From NCBI GenBank assembly GCA_010909165.1, contig MU008158.1, positions 1,761,478 through 1,825,477 on the forward strand: a DNA stretch of 64,000 bases. Direction: 5' to 3'. Shown piece by piece: positions 50,001-62,460 of this stretch. The notes under the pieces were generated by a model that saw only the letters and a list, made by a program, of their open reading frames with translations, made no database searches and had not been told where the DNA came from. Source of the stretch: Anthoceros angustus. Taxonomy: Eukaryota > Plantae > Anthocerotophyta. Position numbers and translations under genes: made by a program. Each line of letters opens with the position of its first letter. Within the stretch, counting starts at the first letter, position 1.

Positions 50001-53000
50001 GAAGAAACGGGGTCGGACTCAAGATGAAGAGTCCTAAGAGGAGGATGATGAGACCGAGGTGGCATCGAGGAGGAGGAAGAGGACTCGAAGAACCGAGGAT
50101 GCCATGGAAGAAGAAGAATCGCAAGAAATAAGAAGAAAAGCCCGAGGAAGCGGAGGGTGGAAGAAGGAGGTTATGATACCGACCGGGCGAGAGGTTCACG
50201 ACCCAACCTGAAAGAAGGAGGGGCCGAGGAAGATTTGGAACGGGTGATGAAGAGGGTGGAGGAGTTGACGATCAACCAAGTGAAGGACAAAGAGCGCGGA
50301 AGGCCACCACGGTTCGAACCCATCCGTGGTGTGTGCGCCAAAGATGGGCACTCAAAGGCGACGCCTCCGCCTGCTGAACCGTAGAGTACGATTATGGGGA
50401 GGAGAGGAATGGGAGGATGCTTACGTGCAAGAAGCACCGGGCCGCGATATCCCAAAACCATGTATCCAACCGGAGGTCCATCCATACACCGCCCGATGCA
50501 ACCTCGAATGGGAGGACCAGGAATCCTTCGGCACGGTGGTCATTGAACTGGGGAACCCGCATTACTCCAACGCCCATATCCCACCGCATAAATGGAGATT
50601 TTGAACGGAGTGGGGATTAAGGCAGTGCACATGGCAAAGACGTGTCCCAACTCGCTCAAGAACGGTGCGCACGCCACCCAAGCGGGAGCCATCACCACGC
50701 CTCCTTCCTAAGCGCCATACAAATTGAGGATGCACCAAGTGAGTGGGAAGAGGCGCCAAGGGACTTGGAACGGATGGGTAGGAGGAGAAGGCGGATCCGA
50801 GGTACGGAAGTGTCAACCCGGTGTCAAGGAGCAAAGGAGAGGAGGCGCTTTAAGAGGAAGAAAATGAAGAACCAACGGATACGAGGACGGACACTGCAGG
50901 AGGCAACCCGCCTAAGGAAGGAGAGTTACTCCGGCAGAGGCCGGGCCGGGTCCGACGTTGGGAGAAACGCCCACCGCAACACGCCTGATTTCCCGAGAAG
51001 TGGAGATGTTGGAAGAGATCCGACAGATGGAGTGGTCCGACCACCACAGATCAAGTGACCCGGAGGACTCGGGAGAGGACGCAGCATGGGAAGGAGCCAC
51101 CCGCCTTTAATGTGGCGACCGATGATGGATCAACAACATTTGGTAACACCGAGGATTAAAAGACAACCCGGCCGGCAGAAGTCCGGAGGGCCATCGGAGA
51201 CACAACCACGCGAAACCGTGAGTAGCACAAGAATGTGGAGGTGGGTGGTCTCATACGACCTGGCGCCAAAGTGGTACAAGTGAGATTGGGTGTGTATCAA
51301 GAACGCTGGACACGGGTCCGAGTCAACCTCATCACAAGCCACCGCAAGATTGGGGTTCATCGCTTTGAGCCATCCACCAAAATTGGGCTTCACATCCTTG
51401 AGCCATCCACCAAAGACTCGATGGCGGATATGAGATCCGCGGGAGTTGTCCGAGTCCAAGCCACCATAGCCCCTATACATTGGATCAACCGGACGCCGGA
51501 CCATTAGGTATGAGGTGTGTGCCGTGGCTGTTTGCCAGTTACACTTTGGAAGGAAGGAGATTCACTTCAAGCCGGATTGGGACCCTAAGGTCGAGAGGAG
51601 GGTGGCTCACCGGAGCAAGGACACCTATTGTGGGGAAACCGTGAGCACCACGAGGGGTACACCTCCGAGGATAATCGGACGATGAAAGAAGCCGAGGAGG
51701 CACTTTCGCCAAGATCACATGGTCCGAGGAGGAGATGGACTACCGAGGATGCCTTTGGCGAGGTGGACGAGGAGGTCGATTGCTTCCGTGCGAGGAACAA
51801 GAGAGGAGGGAAGGAAGAAGAGGGTCCAGCAAAGATGAAGAGTGGGACCAAGGAGTAACACGCTTCACCTCCGACGACTCTTCGAGAATGGGGATGCGAG
51901 AGGACGATCCCGAGTGGAGGACGAGGGGTTTGGACGCAGCCGAGGCAAAGACGAGAACGGAGACGGTGAACCCGACGACGTGGAAGAAGTGGAGGTCCGC
52001 CAGCAAATTCTCAAGTTTAAGAAAGGCATGCCTCCTGACCAAGGAAGGACTAAAGCATACCGGGGAGTTTTATGAGGTGTTCGCCTTCAAGGTCACGGAC
52101 ATGAAGGGCATTCAAGAAGGGGAGAGCAGATCGACGATTTGAAGCTGAGTGCCATCAATCCGACAATACAAGCTCAACCCCAAGTATTCGATCAAGGTGA
52201 AGGAGGTCCTTGATAAGTACCGGAGGCAGACATCATTTTCCCCATCGCCAACAATGAGTGGGTCGCATTGTGGTGGTTCCCAAGAAACACCAGACAAATT
52301 CGGTATGCCAAGATTGAGGAAGCTCAACGTCAAGAACTGAGAAGGACCACTTCCGATGCCATTCAGAGACGACATTTTGGACAAGGTGGTGGACGGACTA
52401 CTTACTCCTTCCCGGATGGCTACTCCGGATACAACCAATTGCACCTAAGGGAGTGACCGACAAGACGACCTTCACTACGGAGTGGGGTACGCTTGCCTAC
52501 AAGAGAAGTGCCTTTGGGATGACCGAGCGCTGTGGTCGCTCATGCGTATGGTGACCAACGCCTTCCGTGACTTCGAGGGACTTCATGGAGATATTCCCGG
52601 ATGATTTTTGTGTGCATGGGGAGCGTGACAAACACCTTGGACATCTAAGAAGGTGCTTGAGCGCCGCCGAGACCCAATTGAGCCTACACCGAGAAATGCT
52701 ACTTTGGAATGACGGAGGGAATCTTGTGATCGTGTCGGCTGAATCGAGGTGGACCAGACAAGGTCCGGTCATCCGCCTCCACCACCGACGAACCTAAAGG
52801 AGCCGAGAGGTTTCGAATGGTGGGATACTACGCGGTTTATTAAGGACTTTGCAAGAGGGCGCTAAGTTGATGTAACCATGGGAAGGAGGAGGTTTGGACC
52901 GGTCTCGTGAGCGAGAGGAGGCCTTCCGGATTTAAACACCTTGGTAAGCGACCTTCTAAGAGGACCGGATCGAGCAAGAAATTTCATGTGTATGTAGATG

Positions 53001-54545
53001 TGTCCGCTTGCTATCGGAGTAGTGCCGAGCCGCATGAGACAAGCGGGGATTATCCCGATACTACCGGACGATACCACCCACGCTGAACGAAAATACACAA
53101 CTACAGCGCCAAGCACCGGGTATGGTATATGTCAAGAAGAAATTCACACTACCGCTACCCAAAGGAGTTTGTGTTCTATGTAGACCACTTTGCTCAAGCA
53201 TCCGGTGAATAAGGCGGACCGTCCGACGGATAGCAAGGTGGATATTGTTGCCGCAGGAGTTCACGTCAAGTGGAAACAAGACAAGGGAGGCAAGACCAAA
53301 ATGCATTTCGTCACGATTGAAAACAGTGTTGAGAGATCGTGAAGATGCGCCCCTGATGAGACATTGGTGCCGCAGAAGTACAACCGGAGGAGCCCACGAC
53401 CAACCCCAAGCTACGAGAACCGGCACTTAGCGTGAGAAGGGAGGGTCCGCGTCATCCGAACGAAGAAATGAGGTACACTGGGAATGGAGCTTCTCAAAAT
53501 CACTGGATGAGGGAGGCATTCGTGCACTATGCTCGACCCTTCGTAATGTACAACGGTGTGTGTTCAAATTAGGGACGAGTAGAACGAAGGTACTTACAAC
53601 CGCAGAGACAGTGAGCGCCGCCGGGAATGCACGAAGGATTGGGGAGGACACTACGCAAAGACAGTCACCACCAAAAGATTTTGAAGCGGATACGTGGCCA
53701 ACAATGTATGGGGACACCCACCAGGAAGAAGTGTGATGCTTGTCCGATCGGAAGCCAACCCCGACACAATGGCCGCTAGTACCGATATTGGCACCGCATT
53801 TTGAAAAGTGGGGTATTGACTTCTGGACCTTACAACGACAGGCACACACAAAGCGATACATTTTGGTGGCAACGACCATCGCACTGTGGGTAGAGGCGAA
53901 CGAGAACGGACTCGCAAGCACGGTGGCAAATTCCTTTATGAGAACATCATCACTATGGGGATGTCCGCCGCAGCTGGTGAAGATAGAGGAACCCATTTCC
54001 TCAATGATGTGATCACCGCCATGACGGAGTATTTTGGCATCAATCATCGCAAGACGGCACCCTACAACCCTAAGGCTAATGGGTTGACGGAGAAGACAAT
54101 GGACTCATCCGCAGATCTCGAATAAACTTAGCTAACTATGCCGATCGATACTGATCGACTGGCCGTGATGGGCAGAGAAGGTGACCACGCAACGAACTCC
54201 TGACTTTAACCTATGGGCATTCCCGTAATGCCGGTGGAGTTTGAAGTGCCCACGAGTAATGATGGAGAGCCGAACGAGGAGAGCCACCGAGCGCTTTTGG
54301 GGTTTTGTCCAAGACACGGAGGGTGGAAGAAGCTCACAAGATGCAACTTGTAAAACCAAGTGGCATGACGCGCCTTCGAATCGGGAGTATGTGAAGGGAC
54401 CCTCCTTTATGATAGTCTATGCATTTTCCGCAAACTTCACCGAGATGGATGGGTCCTTACCAGTGGTGCAAGTGTGACAACGGGTCCGCTCAACTCCGGC
54501 TGATGGAGGCCCACCCGTGAACGGTGGCGTGAAGTATCATGTTAG
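47096..54545 (+). pseudogene. gag-pol of element A (gag start repeated 3 times; many frameshifts)
   Basis: RT motifs DGYSGYNQ, KTTFTTEWG and FMEIFPDDFCV; RH motifs YVDV and HAERKYTT; INT motifs PLVPILAPHFEKWGIDF, KFLYENIIT, DRGTHFLN and HRKTAPYNPKANGLTEK. Confidence 0.88.
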
Positions 54546-54566
54546 TGTTGGCGAGACGCCAATGAT

Positions 54567-54576
54567 GAGAAGGGAG
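54567..54576 (+). other. Polypurine tract of element A
   Basis: GAGAAGGGAG then TA then TGTGG, the same arrangement as element B's PPT at 59017-59029. Confidence 0.75.
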
Positions 54577-54578
54577 TA

Positions 54579-57500
54579 TGTGGGCGGACTTCCCTGGGAG
54601 TTAAGAAATAAGTAGGGTTTTGTTTTTTGTAGGAATAGTAAAATAAGGCAGGAATAAAAGGGGTGGCGCCTGACGAGGCTCGAGTATACTCCACTGAGTG
54701 AACAACACCACGGACCCGACTACACTGGCAAGTCCAGAAGCCGACACCCCGAGTAACGGATAAGTCCTAACCCACCCAGTCAAAACAGATAAGTACGCCG
54801 GGAAAGCAACCTAGAGCGAGAGGATGACGAGGCGGCGCCACGTGGACGGCCCCGAGTGGAGGTCGGCATGCAGAGCCAGACTGTAGCCTCGCGGGCCGCA
54901 GGCAGTATTCACGCCTGCCGCGCGGCGCGCGCGTAAGGCTAGAGTAAGCGCGAGGGTGTATGCACTTCGACAAACAAGAGGCGCCTTCCGCCATATTTCA
55001 AGAAAGAGCGGGAGGGGAGTCATTCTCCAAACCTCTTGCGCCTCGCCCGCCTCCCGCATCCCTGGCGAGTCTCTTCGCGCCTGGGCCCCACGCACCGCGA
55101 TTTCACGGAGGCGGAGCAACGCAACGAGGAGAGGAGGAACATCGCTCAAACCGTGACAAGGCACAAGAAGAGAGAAGCAATGGCACCCAAAAAGCCGGAG
55201 GAGTGGGAGCCATGGACGGAGGAGCGCAACATTGTGACCCGCGCTATCCGACTTTGGTCCATGGCTCGAGGAGGCGAGGGAATTGGTCGAGGAGTGGCAC
55301 TGGACATCTTCCAAATGGTTCGACCTTGATAGCCACCATGGTCCGGAGTTTGCCCAAGATGCCGGGCGATCAACAAGGAGGTCCGATCCAAGAACCTCGG
55401 AGGACGATGGACCTGGAGGTCCCGAGGGCCTACCGCGCCAAGGAGGAGAAGGTGTGGTGCCGGAGCCCTTAAGGCGGAAGGTGGAAGATAGCCCCACGCC
55501 GTGGACAGCCGAACGATCTCGACAACCGGATGGTTGATATCCGAGCCGGACAAGAGGTGGGTAGCCCGGTCCATTGAACATTTCACCAAGGTGGATCACC
55601 TTGGTGATAACGCTGGTATTCCCGCACGCCCGCAAGGCAAGAGCGGATTGGGGAAGGATTATCTTCGCCTGGATCACCAGAGGCGCAAACCGAGGAGCGA
55701 GAAGCCATCGGCCGACGCCCTTGATCCATGTATGGGGCACGCGACCTCAAGGAGGGAGAGGAACGAGCCCGAAAGGGCGCCAAGAGAGGTGGAGGGAGAG
55801 GTGGGGCGCCTCAAGCAAGAGGGTCCGGGAGGAGGACGATCGAGGATTGACTCCATACGCTGGAGCGAACCCCTCACCACCTGGGAAGTTTGGGAGGAGA
55901 TTCCCTCCTTTTGGTGCCCTCCGAGCCAAGACAGAGGGAGCCGGCAGAGGCGCATGGCCCGCACCGGCCGGACAGCAGCCAACAACCACGACGCCCCCGA
56001 CAAACTCAACGGGAGTCAAGAGGCGGAAGACGCCGCTTACCAACGCAAAGACCAAGGTGCCAGACTTCTACCCCGCCCACGGAGTGGCAAGAGGTCAAGA
56101 GGCGGTAAGGAGGGCGAAGGATGCCGGAGCGGAGGTCACCGGGCAGCTCACTCGAGCCGGCCCCTGCTCCCAGTGAAGGGGCCAGCTCTGACCCTCACCT
56201 CCGAGCCCTGTGAGAAAGAGGGCACAAAGGAGTTAGAGGAGGCCAAGAGGGTGAGTCCCTGACCACCACCTGTGACCGAGGGTCCCGATCCGAGAACCCA
56301 CCCCGACTCGCCCGGATCATGGAGGTCCTTGGCGAGAGATGCCCGCGCCCACCAAGGACTTTGTGCCGTGGCCGTGGAAGAAACACGGCGGGCCTTAGCT
56401 GGACTGCTTTGGGGTCTCGTGCTGAGAAGACCTGTGAAGTGGAGGCCACCCGAGGAGGATGGTGGAACCCAAGAGCAAGTGAAGGCGCCTGTGAGGCAAA
56501 GGAAAAGGCGAGTCCCTCGCCGGATCGAGGAAAACGCGGGCGGAGCGCGAGGCCCGGCGCGGTTCAGCAGACTAAAGGTTCTTCACACGCGAACACCAAG
56601 CAGTGAGGCCCAAGCGTGAGGACCTGCAAACGAGGGGGAGGTCCAGAAGTGAGAGGAACGACAAGGAGAGCCCGGACTGGCGGAGCGGCCCGGCCACCCA
56701 AGCGAGGCTAAGGTGAAGGCGGCGAGGCGAAGTCAAGCAAAGAGCGACCGGATCACTACCGACGTGATCGAACCGTGGAGAGAGTCAGCACCGAGGCTAA
56801 CTCAAGGCCGCAGTGCCATGGAGCGTGCAAGGGAGGAGATGGAGGCCAAGACTGGGAGATAGGAGATCTCCGAGTACACAGTAGAGGAGAGGCGCAGATG
56901 GAGGATGAAGGACACGCCGAGCTACAACCCAAGATGCGTCGGAAAGCAGTGATTCTCAACGAGAGAATCCATACTGAGCACAAATAGAGTGCCCAGTCCG
57001 CCTCAAGACGGAGGAAAATCGCGACTATCCAAGGAGTTGGACGCTGCTGCCGCATGTATGAGCCGGAGGAAGTGTGGGGCCTGATGGATATACCACCGAT
57101 TGAGAGGAGGGCGATGGAGCTAACGGGTAAACTGAGGGAGGAGAGCGAGAGGAGAACAGCTGCTCCTTATCCGATTACGGAGAGGAGGGGCTCCATGGCG
57201 GGTAGCCGCGAAAGGGAGGAGGAGCCGTGGAGTGAGCAACAGGCTGCAGGAGGTGACCGAGGCCGCTTTGTAGCCTCAAGGGAGTCCGCCTGCCCTGGCA
57301 AGCCCCAACGGAGAGAGTGGCAACAACACTCCCACCGCCGAACACTTATGAGGGAGTACGGTGCCCGCATGTGGAAGAGGCAATTCAACAAGTCGATCCG
57401 ACTTTGCCTATTACCACGCTGAGCTCAAGGCGAGGCACCACGTCACCCAGGAGGACCCGACTGACGGAAGGCCGGAGGAAGGCGAGGAAGAAGGCCCCGG

Positions 57501-58783
57501 GATAGTGGCCACGGGGACCTTGGGGGCGACGACGAGGAGCGTGAGAGGAGCAGCCGAGGAGCGGAACGGATGCGTGGCGAGGGGCACCCCGCACCTCACC
57601 ATGGAAGGAGGGCCAACGAGGAGTCCGGGCGATCGAACAGCGGAAGGACTGAGGGAGAGCCACTGAGGAGTCCCGTGAGGGAGGAAACCCTGGGGCGGAG
57701 TCTGACTCGAGGTCCGGACCAAGGAAGTCGACCGAGGTCCGACTCGAAATAAGTCCGGACCAAGTCCGGACTAAGAAGACCGACCCCGAGGTCCCGACCC
57801 TGAGACAAGGCCTGACCTAGCCGCCTGACTGAATAAGCCGACTCGGGTTCGAGTCGACAGACCTCGAGGTCCCATGGCAAGAAGGAGGAGCCCCTTCGAC
57901 TTACGCTTAGGGGAGAGATAGCCGGTGGCCCCACCGCAGGGACCTGTGGGAGGCTGGGAGGATGACGTCAGTAACGGGCTTGTCGACCGCCACGAGCCCA
58001 ACCCGACAGTGATTCCGGAGAGGAGGGCCCACGGATCATCCGATTGGGAGCGCCACAACTGTGACGGGGATTGACCACCCATCCCGAGGCAACCTGTGAC
58101 CTTCCCACACCGGCCAAAGGAGATAGGGGAGGAAATAGGATGGTAGGCGGCCGATTAGGGTATACCGAATGCCATCACCGTAATAGGGTGTAATAAAGAC
58201 GCCACCTTGGGCGAGATAAGAGGGCCGAGGCCGCCTAGTAAAGCATCTTTCTTGGTGTTGATGCCGTTTGCACTACGCCTCTTGCTAACGCGAGTCCCGA
58301 GTCACCGAAAGGTGCACGACGACCCGGAGAGATCGATCAAGGTCCCGTGACGGACTTAACGTGGTGGTGGTGTGTGGAAGGACGATCGAGGACCCTTGTT
58401 CGTCCGAGAGCGCGGTCCAACGCCGAGCGGACCGAACGTGTGGAGCCGGAGGTACTGAGGGTGCAGAGCGACGAGAGGCCCGCGAGCAACGAGGAGGTCC
58501 CGACTGTAGCTACTTGCTTTTCTTTCAAGGTTGATAAGTGTAGAGAGAGCGGCGAGAGGAACGGATCAAGAAACGAGTGACGAACGGCACGCAAACGGTC
58601 CTTAAACGCTTGGCCACACCGGCCCGTGAACGTTATAAATAGGGTGTAAACGAAGATTGAGTGTTAAGGTGAAGTGGACCAAGAAAGGTGAGAATCATCG
58701 AACGGAAAGCTATCATTCTTTGGGAACGGACTTCCCACAACGACATCGGATTGTGCGCGCTGTCCATCGAAAGTCGCGCCACA
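54579..58783 (+). repeat. 3' LTR of element A, 4205 bp
   Basis: TGTGGGCGGACTT...AAGTCGCGCCACA termini (10/13 inverted match). Colinear with 38669-46858. TATAAATA at about 58634. Confidence 0.75.
55180..57600 (+). pseudogene. LTR-embedded extra ORF (N-terminal plant-transposon-protein-like domain + coiled coil), frameshifted; end approximate
   Basis: MAPKKPEEWEPWTEERNIVT.., TKVDHLGDN and ADWGRIIF. Homologous copies start at 33564 and 39351. Confidence 0.7.
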
Positions 58784-59399
58784 TATAACAGTGCTCGTCC
58801 ATTACTCGACTGCTCAGACATGGCCACAAGACCAAGTTATATCAAATGGGCCGGACTTGCAAAACTGTTATGGGCGCATTTAGAAAGGTGGATGGGTCCG
58901 AGTATCCCGGAGGTTTTCTGCTGTCCATCCAACCGCAAGATTTGAATGGTCGCCTTTGCCAACCGTGGTTGGCGAGTTGAAAAGTATTATTAATAAGCGA
59001 CAGGATGCCAACAAATGAGAAGGGGAGTATGTGGAAGACCATATGTACACTAACCCTCCTCCTGACCGCCGTTTGAATGTTTTTTTTGTTTTATGTTTTG
59101 TGTGATGGAGTGCTAGGAAATGTCCGAGGCAAGGCCTTTTATACTGTGTGGTCCTTGGCCCATGGCAATATTAATATTTTTACAACACTAGTCCTTGGGC
59201 TCAACCTTGAATATCGCCAGGCTAGAAGGTCCTTGGACCTTGGGATTAGAATAAAAATGTCTATATAAGGTGGGGGATCCTTCATTCACAACAATGGCGC
59301 AGTGGAAGTGGGAGGTGGCTAGTTCCACAACGGTAATATGGAACGTATGACATAAAGCGGGGAGATAACAACCCTAAACACCATAATATTTGAACCGGC

Positions 59400-61100
59400 G
59401 GAATATACATCAAGCGGCTTTATGCATGAATATACGCTTGAACCGGGTTGTGGATGGTCACTAAATCGATGTTCATGTATGTAGTCGGATAATGTGTTCA
59501 AAATTATGGTCAAAATCACATTCTACTTCAAATTTACAAGGAGCTCCAGTAGAAAGGGTCGTGGGGACATTCGTGGGTTTGCAATGATTTAGCACCGACT
59601 TCACACTCCCTTTGTGCCGGGATCTGAAACCATGACAAGAGCATGTATATTGTCTTATACTCAAGGGAATGGAAGCCACTTTTGCATCCGGTTCACATTT
59701 ACGGTGGCAAGGTATGGAAAATGCGGTTCCTCTATGGTAGAAAGGTGAGTAAACCGGCAGGTTATGCGATGGGCGCCGCATGCCGGCGCCACTATGCGGC
59801 AAGGCCCTTAGCCATTCCCTGTGCACCAAACAGGTTCAACATGGCCTTTTGATATCCGCTGTGAGCGGAGAAATCTCTTGTAGTGTACCATGTTCTTGTG
59901 AACCCTCAACAAAACCACAATTTGGCATACTGGCCTGGAAAAGGGGCTGCCAAGTTTCACGGAAACATTGGGTTGGCGCCACCATTAAACGAATCCCACT
60001 AACTGAACAGAGCCATGGCAGGCCCCGGTGACAATGGAAGGGGGCCACTATGAATAGACGCACAAAATGTGGTCCGGAAGGAGTGCGGCATGCCATCGCA
60101 AAGGGTGTTACAAAAGGGTTGCGCCATAAGTTCTTAGGAGCGGACCATGACTGGAATATATTTCGCCGTTCTTATTCACTCCTCACCGACTCGAGACCGG
60201 GTTCTCCATGCCCAAGACTGCGTCATATCCCCATCATCCTCATCACCGAGGAGTGCAGGTTGAAGATGGGGACGGAGGGCATAACTCTTTGATAGCTTTT
60301 TATCCACACAGCGCAGATGTTTCCTAGAAGTGAGATTGAACCCATAGTACACAATGACTCTTATGGACAAACAACCAATGTTGGGAGGCTTCCATGCTTT
60401 TGCACCTTTGTTGGTAGGAGGTAGTTCTCGTCCTCCGGGTCCTAACAAAGTATTCCCCAACATACTTGCCCTCGTATGCATCTGTGGTGCCTGCCACAGC
60501 ACCAGAAGTAGGGTCATCGGTCATGTGCACACTCAAGACCTTTGCAACCCAGAATGCCCTGTTGTGAGTGTCCCTCACAAGGTGACAATAAACATACCTT
60601 TTTATCTCCATGATGTCACCATTCATCCGCCTCGACCTCTTGTTCCGTCTTTCCACACTGTAGCTCCCAAGTACATGTCCGTGGAGGCACGCCTCGCAAT
60701 AAGGCTTGTCCAATATAGCCTCCTCCGGAACTCGCACAGTGGTACAAGTGCATCTCACGGCAGACCGATACACTACCAATCGCCTTTTTCGCAAAGGCCG
60801 ATGTTATTGTCCACAATAGTTGCGATCTCCTCTTGATCCTCCTGTGGTCACTCCACCACTCCTCCTCACCGCTGTTAGATATGTTGACAGCTTTTGCAAA
60901 CCCTTTCTTAAGTGGTCTACTCCATCCTGTCAAGCTTCCATCGCCTTTCTTGTCCTTGGCCTCAGAGAGCTAAGTGTGGTTGTAGGTCCAATCTCAAAGA
61001 TTTGGAATAAAAGACAAGAACTCACCCATCTTCCGCTTCCCATAACGGAGGTCGAACATCACATCTACAATAAGCATTTTTACCTGCCTTTTCCTCCCGT
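59400..61100 (-). mobile_element. Degenerate coding-like sequence, possibly a DNA-transposon remnant
   Basis: ORF 60324-60794 has CTC..CEACLHG and FWVAKVLSVH motifs reminiscent of transposase-associated C-termini. No intact frame and no TIRs found. Confidence 0.35.
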
Positions 61101-61469
61101 GATTTTGAACCGGTGTTGGTATGATAGATTGTTTAGCTAACCGCGCTTTAAACCGCTGCGCTTTCGCTTTCAAAGGCCGACGAAGAACGGAAGTCCGGAA
61201 CCTGGCCGACCTTCACTGGTTTGAAAGCCTTGCTCATATCCCGCATGACGGAAGAGTTTTTGCCTCTTGTGCTTCAAATGTTTGGAAAAACACGAGAACA
61301 TTTGGTCCACCGTCATGTGTGTGACACAAGAAGAAAGCCCACCTTCACTTTTTCAAAGTCCCCTGACCCACGAGCATATTCGGATAAGCAACAAAGAATT
61401 GATTCTGTTCTCCGACATGTCATTCATTTGTCACGCGCGATACTAATCTCCTCGTGACTGGTTTAGTGT

Positions 61470-61770
61470 TTGATTAGTATTAATTAATCTAATTACTTAT
61501 CTTTAAGTAAGTAATTAGTGTTAATTAATCTAAAGTGCTTATGTTAATTAAGCATTGATTAGTGTTAATTAATCTAATGTGCTTATGAATTAAGCATTGA
61601 TTAGTGTTAATTAAACATGGTTAGCAATAGCTAAGTGGATAAGCTCAAGTAATATGCTTTGGCATATTCCTTGCATATTATAGTGTATTCTTAGGATACA
61701 ATAGCTAAGTGGATAAGCTCAAGTAATATGCTTTGGCATATTCCTTGCATTATAGTGTATTCTTAGGATA
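61470..61770. repeat. AT-rich tandem repeats: ATTAGTGTTAATTAA units plus a duplicated unit of about 74 bp
   Basis: Repeated gattagtgttaattaa; caatagctaagtggataagctc..ttcttaggata at 61625 and 61699. Confidence 0.85.
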
Positions 61771-62169
61771 TTTCGCATATCACGCCAATAGGATATCTTA
61801 ATATGCCGAGCCGGTCTAGTATATATAGACCCTTCCATTGAGGACAAGCTCGATCATAGCTTGTCCTCTAGATATGCAATGCAAGAGCTTGTGAGGAGCC
61901 AAAGCCATGACCCGAGAGCGATGTGAGGAATTTGCGTTGTTCTCGCGTGAGAGTGTTTGTGCCACGACGTGCGAGCTCCTCCCTTGTTGCTATGATCTAT
62001 GTGCACGCAGGTGCTGCCGCTAGATGCTAGTGCTAGCGATGCTAGTGCTAGGCGATGCTAGGCGATGCTAGGCTGGGCGAGGTAGCTAGGTGATGCTAGC
62101 ACCCAGGCCATGCTAGCGAGGCGAGGCTGGCACGAGCCAGCTCAAGTAGGCAAGGGACTCTCAAGTGTG

Positions 62170-62460
62170 CCCAAGGCTTAAGGCCAAGGAGAGAGGAGGC
62201 GAAGCCCAAGTCCAAGGCGAGAGGAGGAGAAGAAGCCCAAGCCCAAGGCCAAGGAGAGGAGGAAGCCCAAGTCCAAGGCCAAGGAGAGGAGGCGAAGCCC
62301 AAGTCCAAGGCCAAGGAGAGGAGGAGAAGAAGCCCAAGCCCAAGGCCAAGGAGAGGAGGCGAAGAAGCCCAAGTCCAAGGCCAAGGAGAGGAGGCGAAGA
62401 AGCCCAAGTCCAAGGCCAAGGCCAAGGAGAGGAGGCAAAGCCTACCAAGGAGAGGAATGA
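62170..62460. repeat. Purine-rich tandem repeat of about 30-36 bp (AAGCCCAAGTCCAAGGCCAAGGAGAGGAGGCG)
   Basis: About 8 variable units, directly visible. Confidence 0.9.

Larger units (their letters stand above)
38669..58783 (+). mobile_element. Full-length but degenerate Athila-like (non-chromovirus OTA) Ty3/gypsy element A with giant ORF-containing LTRs
   Basis: Order is 5' LTR (about 38669-46858, enlarged by internal duplications), PBS, gag, PR, RT, RH, INT, PPT, 3' LTR (54579-58783). Possible TSD TCTAA/TATAA. Confidence 0.8.
35307..59383 (+). mobile_element. Ty3/gypsy element B (about 355-bp LTRs at 35307-35665 and 59030-59383), internally deleted, host of nested insertions
   Basis: Two direct repeats start (C/T)GTGGAAGACC. 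The 3' copy follows PPT GAGAAGGGGAG-TA and an integrase end (RWMGP, then a frameshifted LKxY-type tail, 58885-58993). Gag-like 35790-36100; pol linker DDFQDEALFAV at about 38500. Confidence 0.65.

Noticed and set aside
57908-57919. Alternative PPT (AGGGGGAGAGA) defining an LTR of about 0.87 kb
   Set aside because: Homology between copies continues far upstream and the terminus is not a consistent TG. The 54579 boundary has a PPT, inverted termini and shared breakpoints. Disfavoured but not formally excluded.
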